Virus record (IMG/VR): IMGVR_UViG_3300047377_000579
Reading direction: 5' to 3' (one strand)
DNA from: an uncultured virus (IMG/VR IMGVR_UViG_3300047377_000579)
Lineage: Duplodnaviria > Heunggongvirae > Uroviricota > Caudoviricetes
DNA length: 20,000 nt
The notes beneath the pieces are model-generated. The model was given only the letters and a program-made list of their open reading frames with translations, did not search any database and was not told the DNA's origin. The translations under genes and the position numbers were made by a program. How positions within the stretch are numbered: the stretch's first letter is position 1; each line of letters opens with the position of its first letter. Below, piece by piece: positions 8,580 to 15,908 of this stretch.

Positions 8580-8755
8580 TGGCCCTCTCACATGAATCAC
8601 TAGAAAACTATTATCGCACTAATTTTACAATGATGCAACATTTTAATTATTCATTGAACGATTTAGAAACTATGATACCCTGGGAGAGGGACATTTATAT
8701 TATACTACTTAACGATCACATTAAAGAGCAAAACGAAAGACTTGCACAACAATGA
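8579..8755 (+). CDS. gp51: gp51-like baseplate hub assembly protein, not in the ORF track; -1 frame relative to gp26
   Basis: Hand translation from GTG 8579: VALSHESLENYYRTNFTMMQHFNYSLNDLETMIPWERDIYIILLNDHIKEQNERLAQQ*. YSL..LE.MIPWERDIY is the motif of gp51-annotated proteins in marine T4-like phages. Its TGA overlaps the next ATG (ATGA). Confidence 0.85.
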   Translation: MALSHESLENYYRTNFTMMQHFNYSLNDLETMIPWERDIYIILLNDHIKEQNERLAQQ

Positions 8756-10563
8756 CAACTTTAGCTGATATTAATCAAACGCTTGCTGCAGTAGTAGATA
8801 ATACTAATCGTTCTAGTAATAGCCTAGATCGCTTTATTCGTTCTATGGAACAGAAAAGGGGAGATGACCTCGAAGCTGAAAGAGAAAGAAAAGCACAAAT
8901 AGTATCTGCTAAGACTAGTAATAATAATAGTAGTAGCTCATCAGACGCTGGCAAAAGTGGAAGTGGATTTTCATTACCTACTGCGCTTTTAACTGGTGCT
9001 GCATTAAAAGATTTAAGTTTAGGATTAGCAAAAGGATTACTTAAAAGAGGTTTACCCGCTGCATTGGCTACGGCCTTTGCTGACGATATCGGTAAATGGG
9101 TTAACAGCAAAACCGGATCAGCTGAATTAGGTGCTGCTGCTGAAAGAGCTACACTAGGTGGTACATTTGGCTTGCTTTTAGGTAAAAAGTTTGGCTTAAT
9201 AGGCGCAGCTGTAGGTGGATTAGCAACAGAAGAAAATATAAAACAGGCTGAAAATCTAGGTAATGCAATTTTAACAAAAGTTGAGGAAGCTAGGCAAGGC
9301 ATTAAGAATTGGGCTGAAAGTGAACAAGGAGCAGCGTTTGCGGAAAGGTTTGGTTCAATAGGCGAAAAATTAAGAGATTTTGCTACCAACTTGCCAGCTG
9401 CTTCCGAGGTTTTATCTCGTGTGCAAACTGGAGTTGGTGATGGATTAGAAGGATTAACAGGACTAATTGAAGAAGGTACTGATAGTGAAAAATTTCAAGA
9501 AAATATGGGAGAAGCGGCCGGTGTTTTAGGCGCTTTTGCATTTTTCTTTAGAGGTCCTATATTTAGAGTTATTAAAAGACTAGCAAAATTTAGAACTATG
9601 GCAGCCGGTATTGCTCTTGTTGCTGCATACAAAGCACTGAATGGCGATTTCACTGATGGAGATTTAACTACTGAAGACATAGGTGCAGCTGCCGGAGTAA
9701 CAACAGCTTTAGCTATAGGCGCAACAAAAGCCGTACAGGCAGTACGAAGAGGTAGAAACAGTGGCGCTCGAACTGGTGCCACAACGACGGCTGCACCACC
9801 TCCATCAAATGTAATTGGCAAAGTAGACGGTAAAAATGTTGTTAGATCTAATAGTGGTAAATTAGCCTTTCAAGGCGTAGATGGAAAAGCTACAACAAAC
9901 GTACTAAGTGAAGCCGAAATTAAAAAATTAAATAAGAGTAAATGGTGGAGTAAATTTCCTAGATTAACTGCATTAAAAGGAATTCCTGGAACTAGTCTAT
10001 TATTTGCAGCGATTGATAGCGCTATGGCAGCATCAATTATGCTAGATGAAACAAAATCTAGAGAACAAAAAATTAGTGAATTAGGACCACTTATTGGAGG
10101 TTCAGTAGGAACCCTTGGATTTGGAGCATTAGGACTTGCTGTAGGAGGACCATTCGGTGCGACTCTTGGTGCACTAGGTGGATACTTTGGAGGTGGATAT
10201 GTTGGTACTAAATTAGCTGAATATCTTTTAGGTAAAACTAGTGAATCCGACATTATGAAAAGTATAAATGCCGACGTAGAAAATTCTTCTGGGCCTGGAA
10301 AAAGAGGTGATCGAAGAAGAAATGGTCAACCGTCTGCTACTGTAAATACTCCTCGAGCTGATAGCGGTGTCGCCGGAGGAGTACAAACTATGACTGCTCA
10401 ACAAACTGCAATGGCATTTAGATCTGCCGGATCTACAAATATAGGTCAAGTAGGCGATAATAATTCAAATAATACTAATGTAAGCCAATCTCAGCCTCTT
10501 GTTGTAAGTCCAGGCGGAGCCATCGACTTTAATGATATGGTAGTCGGGTCACTCGCTCATTAA
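8752..10563 (+). CDS. Probable tail tape measure / baseplate hub protein (gp29-like)
   Basis: 603 aa, Ala/Gly-rich and helical-looking, with glycine-zipper hydrophobic segments (GALGLAVGGPFGATLGALGGYFGG) and an Asn/Ser-rich C-terminus; follows gp26/gp51; similar in size to T4 gp29. Confidence 0.65.
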   Translation: MTTLADINQTLAAVVDNTNRSSNSLDRFIRSMEQKRGDDLEAERERKAQIVSAKTSNNNSSSSSDAGKSGSGFSLPTALLTGAALKDLSLGLAKGLLKRGLPAALATAFADDIGKWVNSKTGSAELGAAAERATLGGTFGLLLGKKFGLIGAAVGGLATEENIKQAENLGNAILTKVEEARQGIKNWAESEQGAAFAERFGSIGEKLRDFATNLPAASEVLSRVQTGVGDGLEGLTGLIEEGTDSEKFQENMGEAAGVLGAFAFFFRGPIFRVIKRLAKFRTMAAGIALVAAYKALNGDFTDGDLTTEDIGAAAGVTTALAIGATKAVQAVRRGRNSGARTGATTTAAPPPSNVIGKVDGKNVVRSNSGKLAFQGVDGKATTNVLSEAEIKKLNKSKWWSKFPRLTALKGIPGTSLLFAAIDSAMAASIMLDETKSREQKISELGPLIGGSVGTLGFGALGLAVGGPFGATLGALGGYFGGGYVGTKLAEYLLGKTSESDIMKSINADVENSSGPGKRGDRRRNGQPSATVNTPRADSGVAGGVQTMTAQQTAMAFRSAGSTNIGQVGDNNSNNTNVSQSQPLVVSPGGAIDFNDMVVGSLAH

Positions 10564-10589
10564 AATAGAATAAGGGGACCGAAGTCCCC
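10561..10589 (-). terminator. Intrinsic terminator with a cUUCGg tetraloop ending the gp32 transcript; may also act on the convergent plus-strand operon
   Basis: Minus strand GGGGAC-TTCG-GTCCCC followed by TTATTCTATTTTA; C(UUCG)G loops are characteristic of T4-like terminators. Confidence 0.9.
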
Positions 10590-10675
10590 CTATCCGTCTT
10601 TAGTCATTGTTGCTCCAACTTTTGTCCGAATCTTATTCAGCGACAAGGCCCACATGAGGTTGGCATACCTTATTC

Positions 10676-11581
10676 CTATTCATCATTTGCAAGACGTGCA
10701 AAGTAGGACATTGTGTCATCATCATCCGTAGATGATACTTGTTCTGCAGTAACAGGTGCTTGTGCAGGAGCTGCGGGAGCAGGAGCCGGCTCATTCATTT
10801 GAACGGTCTGTGCCATAGTTGGTGCACCCATTGCAACTGTATCTTCACCCAACACTCGACTTAGTTTTGCTTTGAGGTCATCGTAGCTTTTGTAGTTACT
10901 TGGTTCGGTAAACTCACTGAGTGAATGTAGTTGGTTATAGACTTCTTCCAACTTGGATTCTTCTGCATCATAGAGAGCAGATGCGCTTGCAAACTCTGAC
11001 TTATCATAATTACGATATCCTTCAACCTGACGGATTTTCAATTTAAAGTCTGCACCTTCCCAAAAGTCGAAAGGATTAACAGGCGTTTCATCGGCAAATG
11101 ATGGCTGCATAACATCCATAATCTTATCAAAGATCTTCTTACCGAATTTATATAGTACTACACGACCTTCATTCTGTGGATTACCAGGATCTTGTACAAC
11201 GAGAGCATTAACTACATAGTGTAGACGACGCTTTTGTTTACGTGCAGTTTCTTTATCTTCTTCATGTCCAGAATTCCACAGACGAGAATTAAGCTCGCCA
11301 ACCGGATCTGCTTGACCAATAGAAGTAAGAGAGTTTTCAATATACCATAGACCAGTTGGACCTTTAAAGCCATGGTCCCAATAACGAACCCATGGAAGAT
11401 CAGAACCTTCAGATGCTGGAAGAAAACGGAGAACAGCATAACCGTTACCGGCTTTATCTACTGTTGGTTTCCAAATACGTTCATCGTCATATGACTTCTT
11501 TTCACCACCACCGGTGGCTTCTGCTGCTTGAACTAGTTTGGAGATTTGGTCGCGATTACGCTTTAGATTTGCAAAAGACAT
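10676..11581 (-). CDS. gp32: Single-stranded DNA-binding protein gp32
   Basis: DKAGNGYAVLRFLP, HGFKGPTGLWYIENSL, YKFGKKIFDKI, NPFDFWEGADFKLKIRQVEGYRNYDKSEF, acidic C-tail. Confidence 0.97.
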   Translation of the reverse strand: MSFANLKRNRDQISKLVQAAEATGGGEKKSYDDERIWKPTVDKAGNGYAVLRFLPASEGSDLPWVRYWDHGFKGPTGLWYIENSLTSIGQADPVGELNSRLWNSGHEEDKETARKQKRRLHYVVNALVVQDPGNPQNEGRVVLYKFGKKIFDKIMDVMQPSFADETPVNPFDFWEGADFKLKIRQVEGYRNYDKSEFASASALYDAEESKLEEVYNQLHSLSEFTEPSNYKSYDDLKAKLSRVLGEDTVAMGAPTMAQTVQMNEPAPAPAAPAQAPVTAEQVSSTDDDDTMSYFARLANDE

Positions 11582-11621
11582 TTATATGTTCCTTGTATTG
11601 CTGTAGTATTAACTGAAATAT

Positions 11622-11651
11622 ATTATACAACATTCATGCGTTGTTGTACAC
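11622..11651 (-). promoter_or_regulatory. Sigma70-like phage early-type promoter upstream of gp32
   Basis: GTGTACA-17 nt-TATAAT; same motif as four other intergenic sites. Confidence 0.75.
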
Positions 11652-11666
11652 TATTATATATACCCA

Positions 11667-11906
11667 TCATTCGAAAAACGCCGAATCAAGAGTATTACCT
11701 TTTGGCAAGAAATTAAGCTGCATTGCCTCAGCTTCAAGTTTATCTTTAATAATTGGTGAGATAAACTTTTTAACATCTTCAGGTTCAATGTTATTCTTAT
11801 CGCATACATGAAGAATAGCGTCCATGTATGGTATATGAAGTTCATTCACTGTTCCTTCAATGAGTTTAGTAAACTTAGACTTAGTAAGAAATTGTTCCTC
11901 TATCAT
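11667..11906 (-). CDS. gp33: Late-promoter transcription co-activator gp33
   Basis: FTKLIE...YMDAILHVCDKNNIEPEDVKKFISPIIKDKLEAEAMQLNFLPK matches the gp33 pattern. Confidence 0.9.
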   Translation of the reverse strand: MIEEQFLTKSKFTKLIEGTVNELHIPYMDAILHVCDKNNIEPEDVKKFISPIIKDKLEAEAMQLNFLPKGNTLDSAFFE

Positions 11907-13027
11907 TTATCTAGTGCTTTCAATAGAATTGTATCGTCATTCAGTCTACCGTTTGGTACACTGCTCTTAGTAGTTAGAGTATCCCAAGCAATATGTATTT
12001 GTTTTACAGACTTTGTAAGGACTAAAGCTAGAAATTCATTAGGCTTACGAAGCTTGACTGTTCTACTATTAATACTATCGATATTTTTAATCGATGTACC
12101 TGAGATTTCAAAACCTCCAACACTTTGAGTAATATACTCTGTAAGCATTCGAGACTTTGTATTGAAAGTATATAGTCTGGTTTTACCGACTATTTGTACA
12201 GGATTAATAGAAGCTAATTTAAATTCACTATCTTCCTTCTTGTACTTTACTTTCGAAACTTGTTTGTCCGCAGCTTTAGGCTGTTTGACTCTTGTCTTAC
12301 GTTGTGCCTTAGCTGCGGACTTAAGCTTGTCAAGATCGAGGAGCATGTCCTGACAAGCTTTTACACGGCGCTTGAGTTCTGGTTTTTTCAAGTGCGAATA
12401 CCCTTCGACTGCCTGGTCACACCTAGCATGAAGAGCATCATCATAGTCTAGCAACCATCCTTCAATTAGTTGCCTTACTGGCAGAGTAGCCGAGTTAGGC
12501 AGGCCGTGCTTTTTAAACAAACTGTAAATATCAATGTCGGTCTTTTCACCTTCCATCCATTGATCTTCTAGATTAAGAAGGTCTTGCATAATGGTATTAC
12601 TAATCTTGTTTTGTAGACGCTGCATTGGAGAAAGAGTAACAATATTCTTTTCTACTTTCTTCTCAAGAGCTTTCTCTTTTACGATAGCTTTGCCAGCATC
12701 GATATAGCCTTTAAATCGATTAACAAGACTGTCATGCCAATACGTCGATCTTTCATTTACTTCTTGACCTGACGTATACCAGTAACTCGTAGCGCCCATA
12801 TAAGAGTGACCGAAGTTATAATCTGGATTAGCAAGGATATGCTTTGCATCGGTTTTATTGAATGTAGTACGAATAAATGATTTAGTACATTCAATTGTTT
12901 CTTTGCGATCAACTTCGTTTTGAAAGTAATATAGTACACTATCAAAACCTTTTTCGACTGGTGCTGCACCTGCGCCAGTACGGCGGCGTGCACGAATAGT
13001 TTTCTTCTTACGTTTTACTAATGGCAT
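11903..13027 (-). CDS. Hypothetical phage protein (374 aa, Lys-rich)
   Basis: Long ORF coupled on both sides (TAATG, ATGA-type overlap); no function recognised. Confidence 0.8.
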   Translation of the reverse strand: MPLVKRKKKTIRARRRTGAGAAPVEKGFDSVLYYFQNEVDRKETIECTKSFIRTTFNKTDAKHILANPDYNFGHSYMGATSYWYTSGQEVNERSTYWHDSLVNRFKGYIDAGKAIVKEKALEKKVEKNIVTLSPMQRLQNKISNTIMQDLLNLEDQWMEGEKTDIDIYSLFKKHGLPNSATLPVRQLIEGWLLDYDDALHARCDQAVEGYSHLKKPELKRRVKACQDMLLDLDKLKSAAKAQRKTRVKQPKAADKQVSKVKYKKEDSEFKLASINPVQIVGKTRLYTFNTKSRMLTEYITQSVGGFEISGTSIKNIDSINSRTVKLRKPNEFLALVLTKSVKQIHIAWDTLTTKSSVPNGRLNDDTILLKALDK

Positions 13028-13254
13028 TATCGTTGCTCCTCGATAATAAAGTTGGGATCATTTTGAAGAAGTACCCACCGACCGTCAAAACCTTTATGGT
13101 CTTTAGGACCTTCAGTTCTAAACTCGCTGCGCAAAAGCATTGCAGGTGAACCTTTGAATGTTCCTAGGTCTTTTATAAGCCAGACTTTACCATGCTGTTG
13201 AATACGGTTTTTGCCGTGACGAGTTTTTCCAGTGAGTAGTACTTTTTCCATCAT
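13027..13254 (-). CDS. Hypothetical protein (75 aa)
   Basis: Directly follows a promoter; stop coupled to the next ATG. Confidence 0.75.
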   Translation of the reverse strand: MMEKVLLTGKTRHGKNRIQQHGKVWLIKDLGTFKGSPAMLLRSEFRTEGPKDHKGFDGRWVLLQNDPNFIIEEQR

Positions 13255-13260
13255 GTATAT

Positions 13261-13290
13261 ATTCTATCACAGTTTTACGCAAATGTACAC
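13261..13290 (-). promoter_or_regulatory. Phage early-type promoter
   Basis: AACT-GTGTACA-17 nt-TAGAAT, 6 nt before ATG 13254. Confidence 0.75.
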
Positions 13291-13314
13291 AGTTAATTTC
13301 ACTTCTTTGAAAAT

Positions 13315-13378
13315 AGTTGGAACCAGGTTAAGCTGGTCAAATGTTAGTGTATGTCTATACATCCAACTTAACCAGGTT
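13315..13378. repeat. Intergenic nested inverted repeats (possible structured RNA or protein-binding site)
   Basis: 16-bp inverted repeat with 14/16 match (13321-13336 / 13363-13378), overlapping a 7-bp inverted repeat AGTTGGA/TCCAACT and two small hairpins. Confidence 0.6.
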
Positions 13379-13734
13379 TAACGTCTCATCTTTGCTAGTT
13401 CTTCTGGGCTTTGTCCTCTGCCCACTGGAACAAGGTTGGACTTATGCATCGTTGCGATTCCAACGATGTAGTCTCCCGAGTACTCTTGTACTTTTCGCTT
13501 CCCTTGAATGGCAACAACACGGTCTGACGTTGGGACTGTTGTACTCTGCGTTGAATAGTTCGGAATACAATTGCCACTTGATTTTTCCTTATGCTTAAGT
13601 TGAGAAGGATGTAGACCCATTTTGCGAAGCCATGCATCGTGAGCAGCCTGAGCTTTTGCTTGACCCGGCTTACGGTTAGATTTACGTTTACGAGTTGAAA
13701 GCGTGGTCATTCCACGCACAAGATGCATAGTCAT
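13378..13734 (-). CDS. Hypothetical basic protein (118 aa)
   Basis: GAGG SD, ATGA overlap; C-terminal YSGDYIVGIATMHKSNLVPV motif that I recall from T4-like phage hypotheticals. Confidence 0.8.
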   Translation of the reverse strand: MTMHLVRGMTTLSTRKRKSNRKPGQAKAQAAHDAWLRKMGLHPSQLKHKEKSSGNCIPNYSTQSTTVPTSDRVVAIQGKRKVQEYSGDYIVGIATMHKSNLVPVGRGQSPEELAKMRR

Positions 13735-13928
13735 TTTATATCCTCACTAGTACCGTGACATTTAGCTTCCATATCTTGAATGCGATAAGAAAGATAGTTA
13801 GCTACTGTTTGAAGAAATTCTGCATCATGATCACCGCGAGCAATCATATCTTCAATCTTTCTAATCTCACCATCAAAGACTCTACATGCCATTATACGAT
13901 CAGATGACATGTTACTAAAACTGGGCAT
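13731..13928 (-). CDS. Hypothetical protein (65 aa)
   Basis: TAATG-coupled start; fills the operon without gaps. Confidence 0.7.
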   Translation of the reverse strand: MPSFSNMSSDRIMACRVFDGEIRKIEDMIARGDHDAEFLQTVANYLSYRIQDMEAKCHGTSEDIK

Positions 13929-14146
13929 TATGCCACTACCTTCTCAAAATAATCTGTAAGATCATCTAAATAAACTTCTTCGACAAATTTCGAAAGCTTA
14001 GAGAAAGTACCAGTGTACTGCCAAATAGGAAGACCGTTAATTCCTTTAGGATTAACAAGCCGGCCATCAATTCCATAATTACGACAGTCCTGAGCCAAAT
14101 CAGTTACATCGTAAACATCAAGTTCGATTGTGTAAATGTTTTCCAT
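13928..14146 (-). CDS. Hypothetical acidic protein (about 72 aa)
   Basis: Start moved from 14155 to ATG 14146 (TAATG overlap with the upstream stop). Confidence 0.7.
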   Translation of the reverse strand: MENIYTIELDVYDVTDLAQDCRNYGIDGRLVNPKGINGLPIWQYTGTFSKLSKFVEEVYLDDLTDYFEKVVA

Positions 14147-14406
14147 TAGTTCCACCCATCATTTGATTCATAAGAATTTTGATCGCGAACACGATCACCA
14201 TAATGCTCATTGAGGTATTTAGAACCATCAGTGTAAGCATTGATGTTGTGCGTATCGTACTCGCTACGCTCTTCTTTAGGTGTAGTGGTATAATCGCGAA
14301 CTTTGAAGTTGCGCTGCATCTTAGCATTGAAACGATCGGCAGCTTCTTTAATAGCAGCCATACGCTCAGATGTAGTTGAATTCTTAGTGATAATAAATTT
14401 AGACAT
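14146..14406 (-). CDS. Hypothetical early protein (86 aa)
   Basis: Strong SD AAGAGGAG; first gene after the promoter at 14438-14467. Confidence 0.8.
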   Translation of the reverse strand: MSKFIITKNSTTSERMAAIKEAADRFNAKMQRNFKVRDYTTTPKEERSEYDTHNINAYTDGSKYLNEHYGDRVRDQNSYESNDGWN

Positions 14407-14437
14407 GGAATACTCCTCTTTTCCAATTGTTATATCT

Positions 14438-14467
14438 ATTATACACTATTTTTTAGTAAATGTACAC
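14438..14467 (-). promoter_or_regulatory. Phage early-type promoter
   Basis: GTGTACA-17 nt-TATAAT. Confidence 0.8.
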
Positions 14468-14495
14468 TAAAAAATGCGGGGATTACTGAATCAAA

Positions 14496-15140
14496 TCAAT
14501 CACATAGATTTTTTTCTTCTTCAGTTTTGTATTGCCACTCATCTGTATGACCTACAGACCATTTAGGCTCTACTTCAACAGCATAATTTTGCGTACATAC
14601 CTTAAAATCTGGCTGTAAGAGCTTAGACGGAGTAAGACTTGAATCTCTAAAGATAACACGATTGTTTGGTTGAGCAGCAAATTGTCCATTATCTAATTTA
14701 ATGATATTAAATGATTTGTGCTCGGGATCATGCTCAGAGTAATTGACGTCAAGTACACTTGCATCCGGATGTGCGTTGTCAATAGTAAACATATATTCAC
14801 CACCGTGCATATTCTTATCTTTACCAAAGAATTCACAGCGAGCTAGAATAGGTTTTTCAATAACAGTTAAATGATAATCGAAACAATCCCAAAGCTGTAA
14901 TGTATCTAAAGGAAGATTGCCATGCGGGGTTTTCCATACGAACGCCGATAGCGGAAGCTTATCATATAGTGCACCATAATCAGTTAGTAGCGTTTCGAAA
15001 TAGAGAGCTTTGTATTGTGTAGATTTAACTGATATCCAAACGCCTGGTGTATATTCACCATGCCCTTTTTCTAGATCGTAAAGGTATTCTTTACGAACCA
15101 TTACATCAATAGGAGGAAGAGGATGAACAAGGAATGACAT
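14496..15140 (-). CDS. Hypothetical protein (214 aa), of a type recurrent in marine phages
   Basis: VRKEYLYD, GALYDKLPLSAF, LQLWDCF, EHKSFNIIKLDNGQFAAQPNNR; function unknown. Confidence 0.8.
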   Translation of the reverse strand: MSFLVHPLPPIDVMVRKEYLYDLEKGHGEYTPGVWISVKSTQYKALYFETLLTDYGALYDKLPLSAFVWKTPHGNLPLDTLQLWDCFDYHLTVIEKPILARCEFFGKDKNMHGGEYMFTIDNAHPDASVLDVNYSEHDPEHKSFNIIKLDNGQFAAQPNNRVIFRDSSLTPSKLLQPDFKVCTQNYAVEVEPKWSVGHTDEWQYKTEEEKNLCD

Positions 15141-15400
15141 TATTTTGTATAGATCTCTAAAAGTTTAGCCTCAAATGCCTCAACCTTTTGTACTCGATTA
15201 GGCCAAAGAATATATTCTTTTTCAGGATTAGCTTTTAGATTATTAAGAAGAGGTTGTACTGCATTAAATAGTGCATCTAGCTTAAGCTGGGCATCGTTAG
15301 CAGTATTGGCTATCACCTCTGCTTCACGAGCTGCATCCTGCACAACTTTTAGTTCAGTTTCATCTACTGCAGTAAAGCCAAAGTCAAAAAAATCAGACAC
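15140..15400 (-). CDS. Hypothetical protein (86 aa, MSDFFDFGFTAVDE...)
   Basis: GTG at 15400 with an AGGAG SD preferred over ATG 15427; stop coupled to the next gene. Confidence 0.75.
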   Translation of the reverse strand: MSDFFDFGFTAVDETELKVVQDAAREAEVIANTANDAQLKLDALFNAVQPLLNNLKANPEKEYILWPNRVQKVEAFEAKLLEIYTK

Positions 15401-15551
15401 TGATCCAACTCCTACGTTTATTTGCATAGATATTAAACAACCACCATGACAAGAATAGCCAAAAATATTGACCAGTCATAGCTGACTGTGCCATAATCCA
15501 TGCAAATGGAGAAATAATTATGACATCAGCTAGTGTAACGTTTCCATTCAT
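15393..15551 (-). CDS. Small membrane protein (52 aa), not in the ORF track
   Basis: MNGNVTLADVIIISPFAWIMAQSAMTGQYFWLFLSWWLFNIYANKRRSWISV*; fills the gap after a late promoter; two hydrophobic stretches and a basic tail. Confidence 0.65.
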   Translation of the reverse strand: MNGNVTLADVIIISPFAWIMAQSAMTGQYFWLFLSWWLFNIYANKRRSWISV

Positions 15552-15556
15552 AGATT

Positions 15557-15564
15557 TATTTATA
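15557..15564 (-). promoter_or_regulatory. T4-type late promoter TATAAATA, 5 nt before ATG 15551
   Basis: Exact TATAAATA on the minus strand just downstream of tRNA-Asn. Confidence 0.7.
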
Positions 15565-15570
15565 CTCCAA

Positions 15571-15646
15571 TGGCTGGGATGGAGGGGCTCGAACCCCCGA
15601 CAAGGTGATTAACAGTCACCTGCTCTACCAACTGAGCTACATCCCA
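15571..15646 (-). tRNA. trnN: tRNA-Asn(GTT)
   Basis: TGGGATG/CATCCCA acceptor stem, GGTGA-CT-GTT-AA-TCACC anticodon arm, GGTTCGAG T-loop, encoded CCA; 76 nt. Confidence 0.97.
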
Positions 15647-15650
15647 AATG

Positions 15651-15726
15651 TGGTGCTGCAACACGGACTCGAACCGCGGACCTGCTGATTACAAATCAGC
15701 TGCTCTACCAACTGAGCTACTGCAGC
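15651..15726 (-). tRNA. trnT: tRNA-Thr(TGT)
   Basis: GCTGCAG/TTGCAGC acceptor, GCTGA-TT-TGT-AA-TCAGC anticodon arm, encoded CCA; 76 nt. Confidence 0.97.
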
Positions 15727-15908
15727 TTATGACAAACGATCTCGCGACCGGTTGGTGTAGATATCACAATAGCAGGTAAATCAGGATTACGATCGCGACA
15801 TTCAATCTGATGCCATCTAAACCCTTCTTCTCTTTGTGCTTCTGTTGTCTTTACGAATTCCGTGTTACCTGCAAACCAAAGTGCAGAAACAAATGCTAAT
15901 ACAATCAT
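15717..15908 (-). CDS. Small secreted/membrane-anchored hypothetical protein (63 aa)
   Basis: GGAG SD, ATGA overlap with the upstream ORF, hydrophobic N-terminus, two Cys; stop lies inside tRNA-Thr. Confidence 0.7.
   Translation of the reverse strand: MIVLAFVSALWFAGNTEFVKTTEAQREEGFRWHQIECRDRNPDLPAIVISTPTGREIVCHKLQ

Noticed and set aside
8915..8945. AAT/AGT trinucleotide run
   Set aside because: Encodes a low-complexity NNNSSSSS linker; not an independent repeat element.
8775..10449. Long antisense ORFs (204, 108, 127, 73 aa) opposite the tape-measure-like gene
   Set aside because: Shadow frames of an Ala/Gly-rich gene; no evident SD or promoter and no recognisable motifs.
15571..15726. Repeated TGCTCTACCAACTGAGCTAC as a CRISPR-like or att repeat
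   Set aside because: It is the shared D-arm sequence of adjacent tRNA-Asn and tRNA-Thr.
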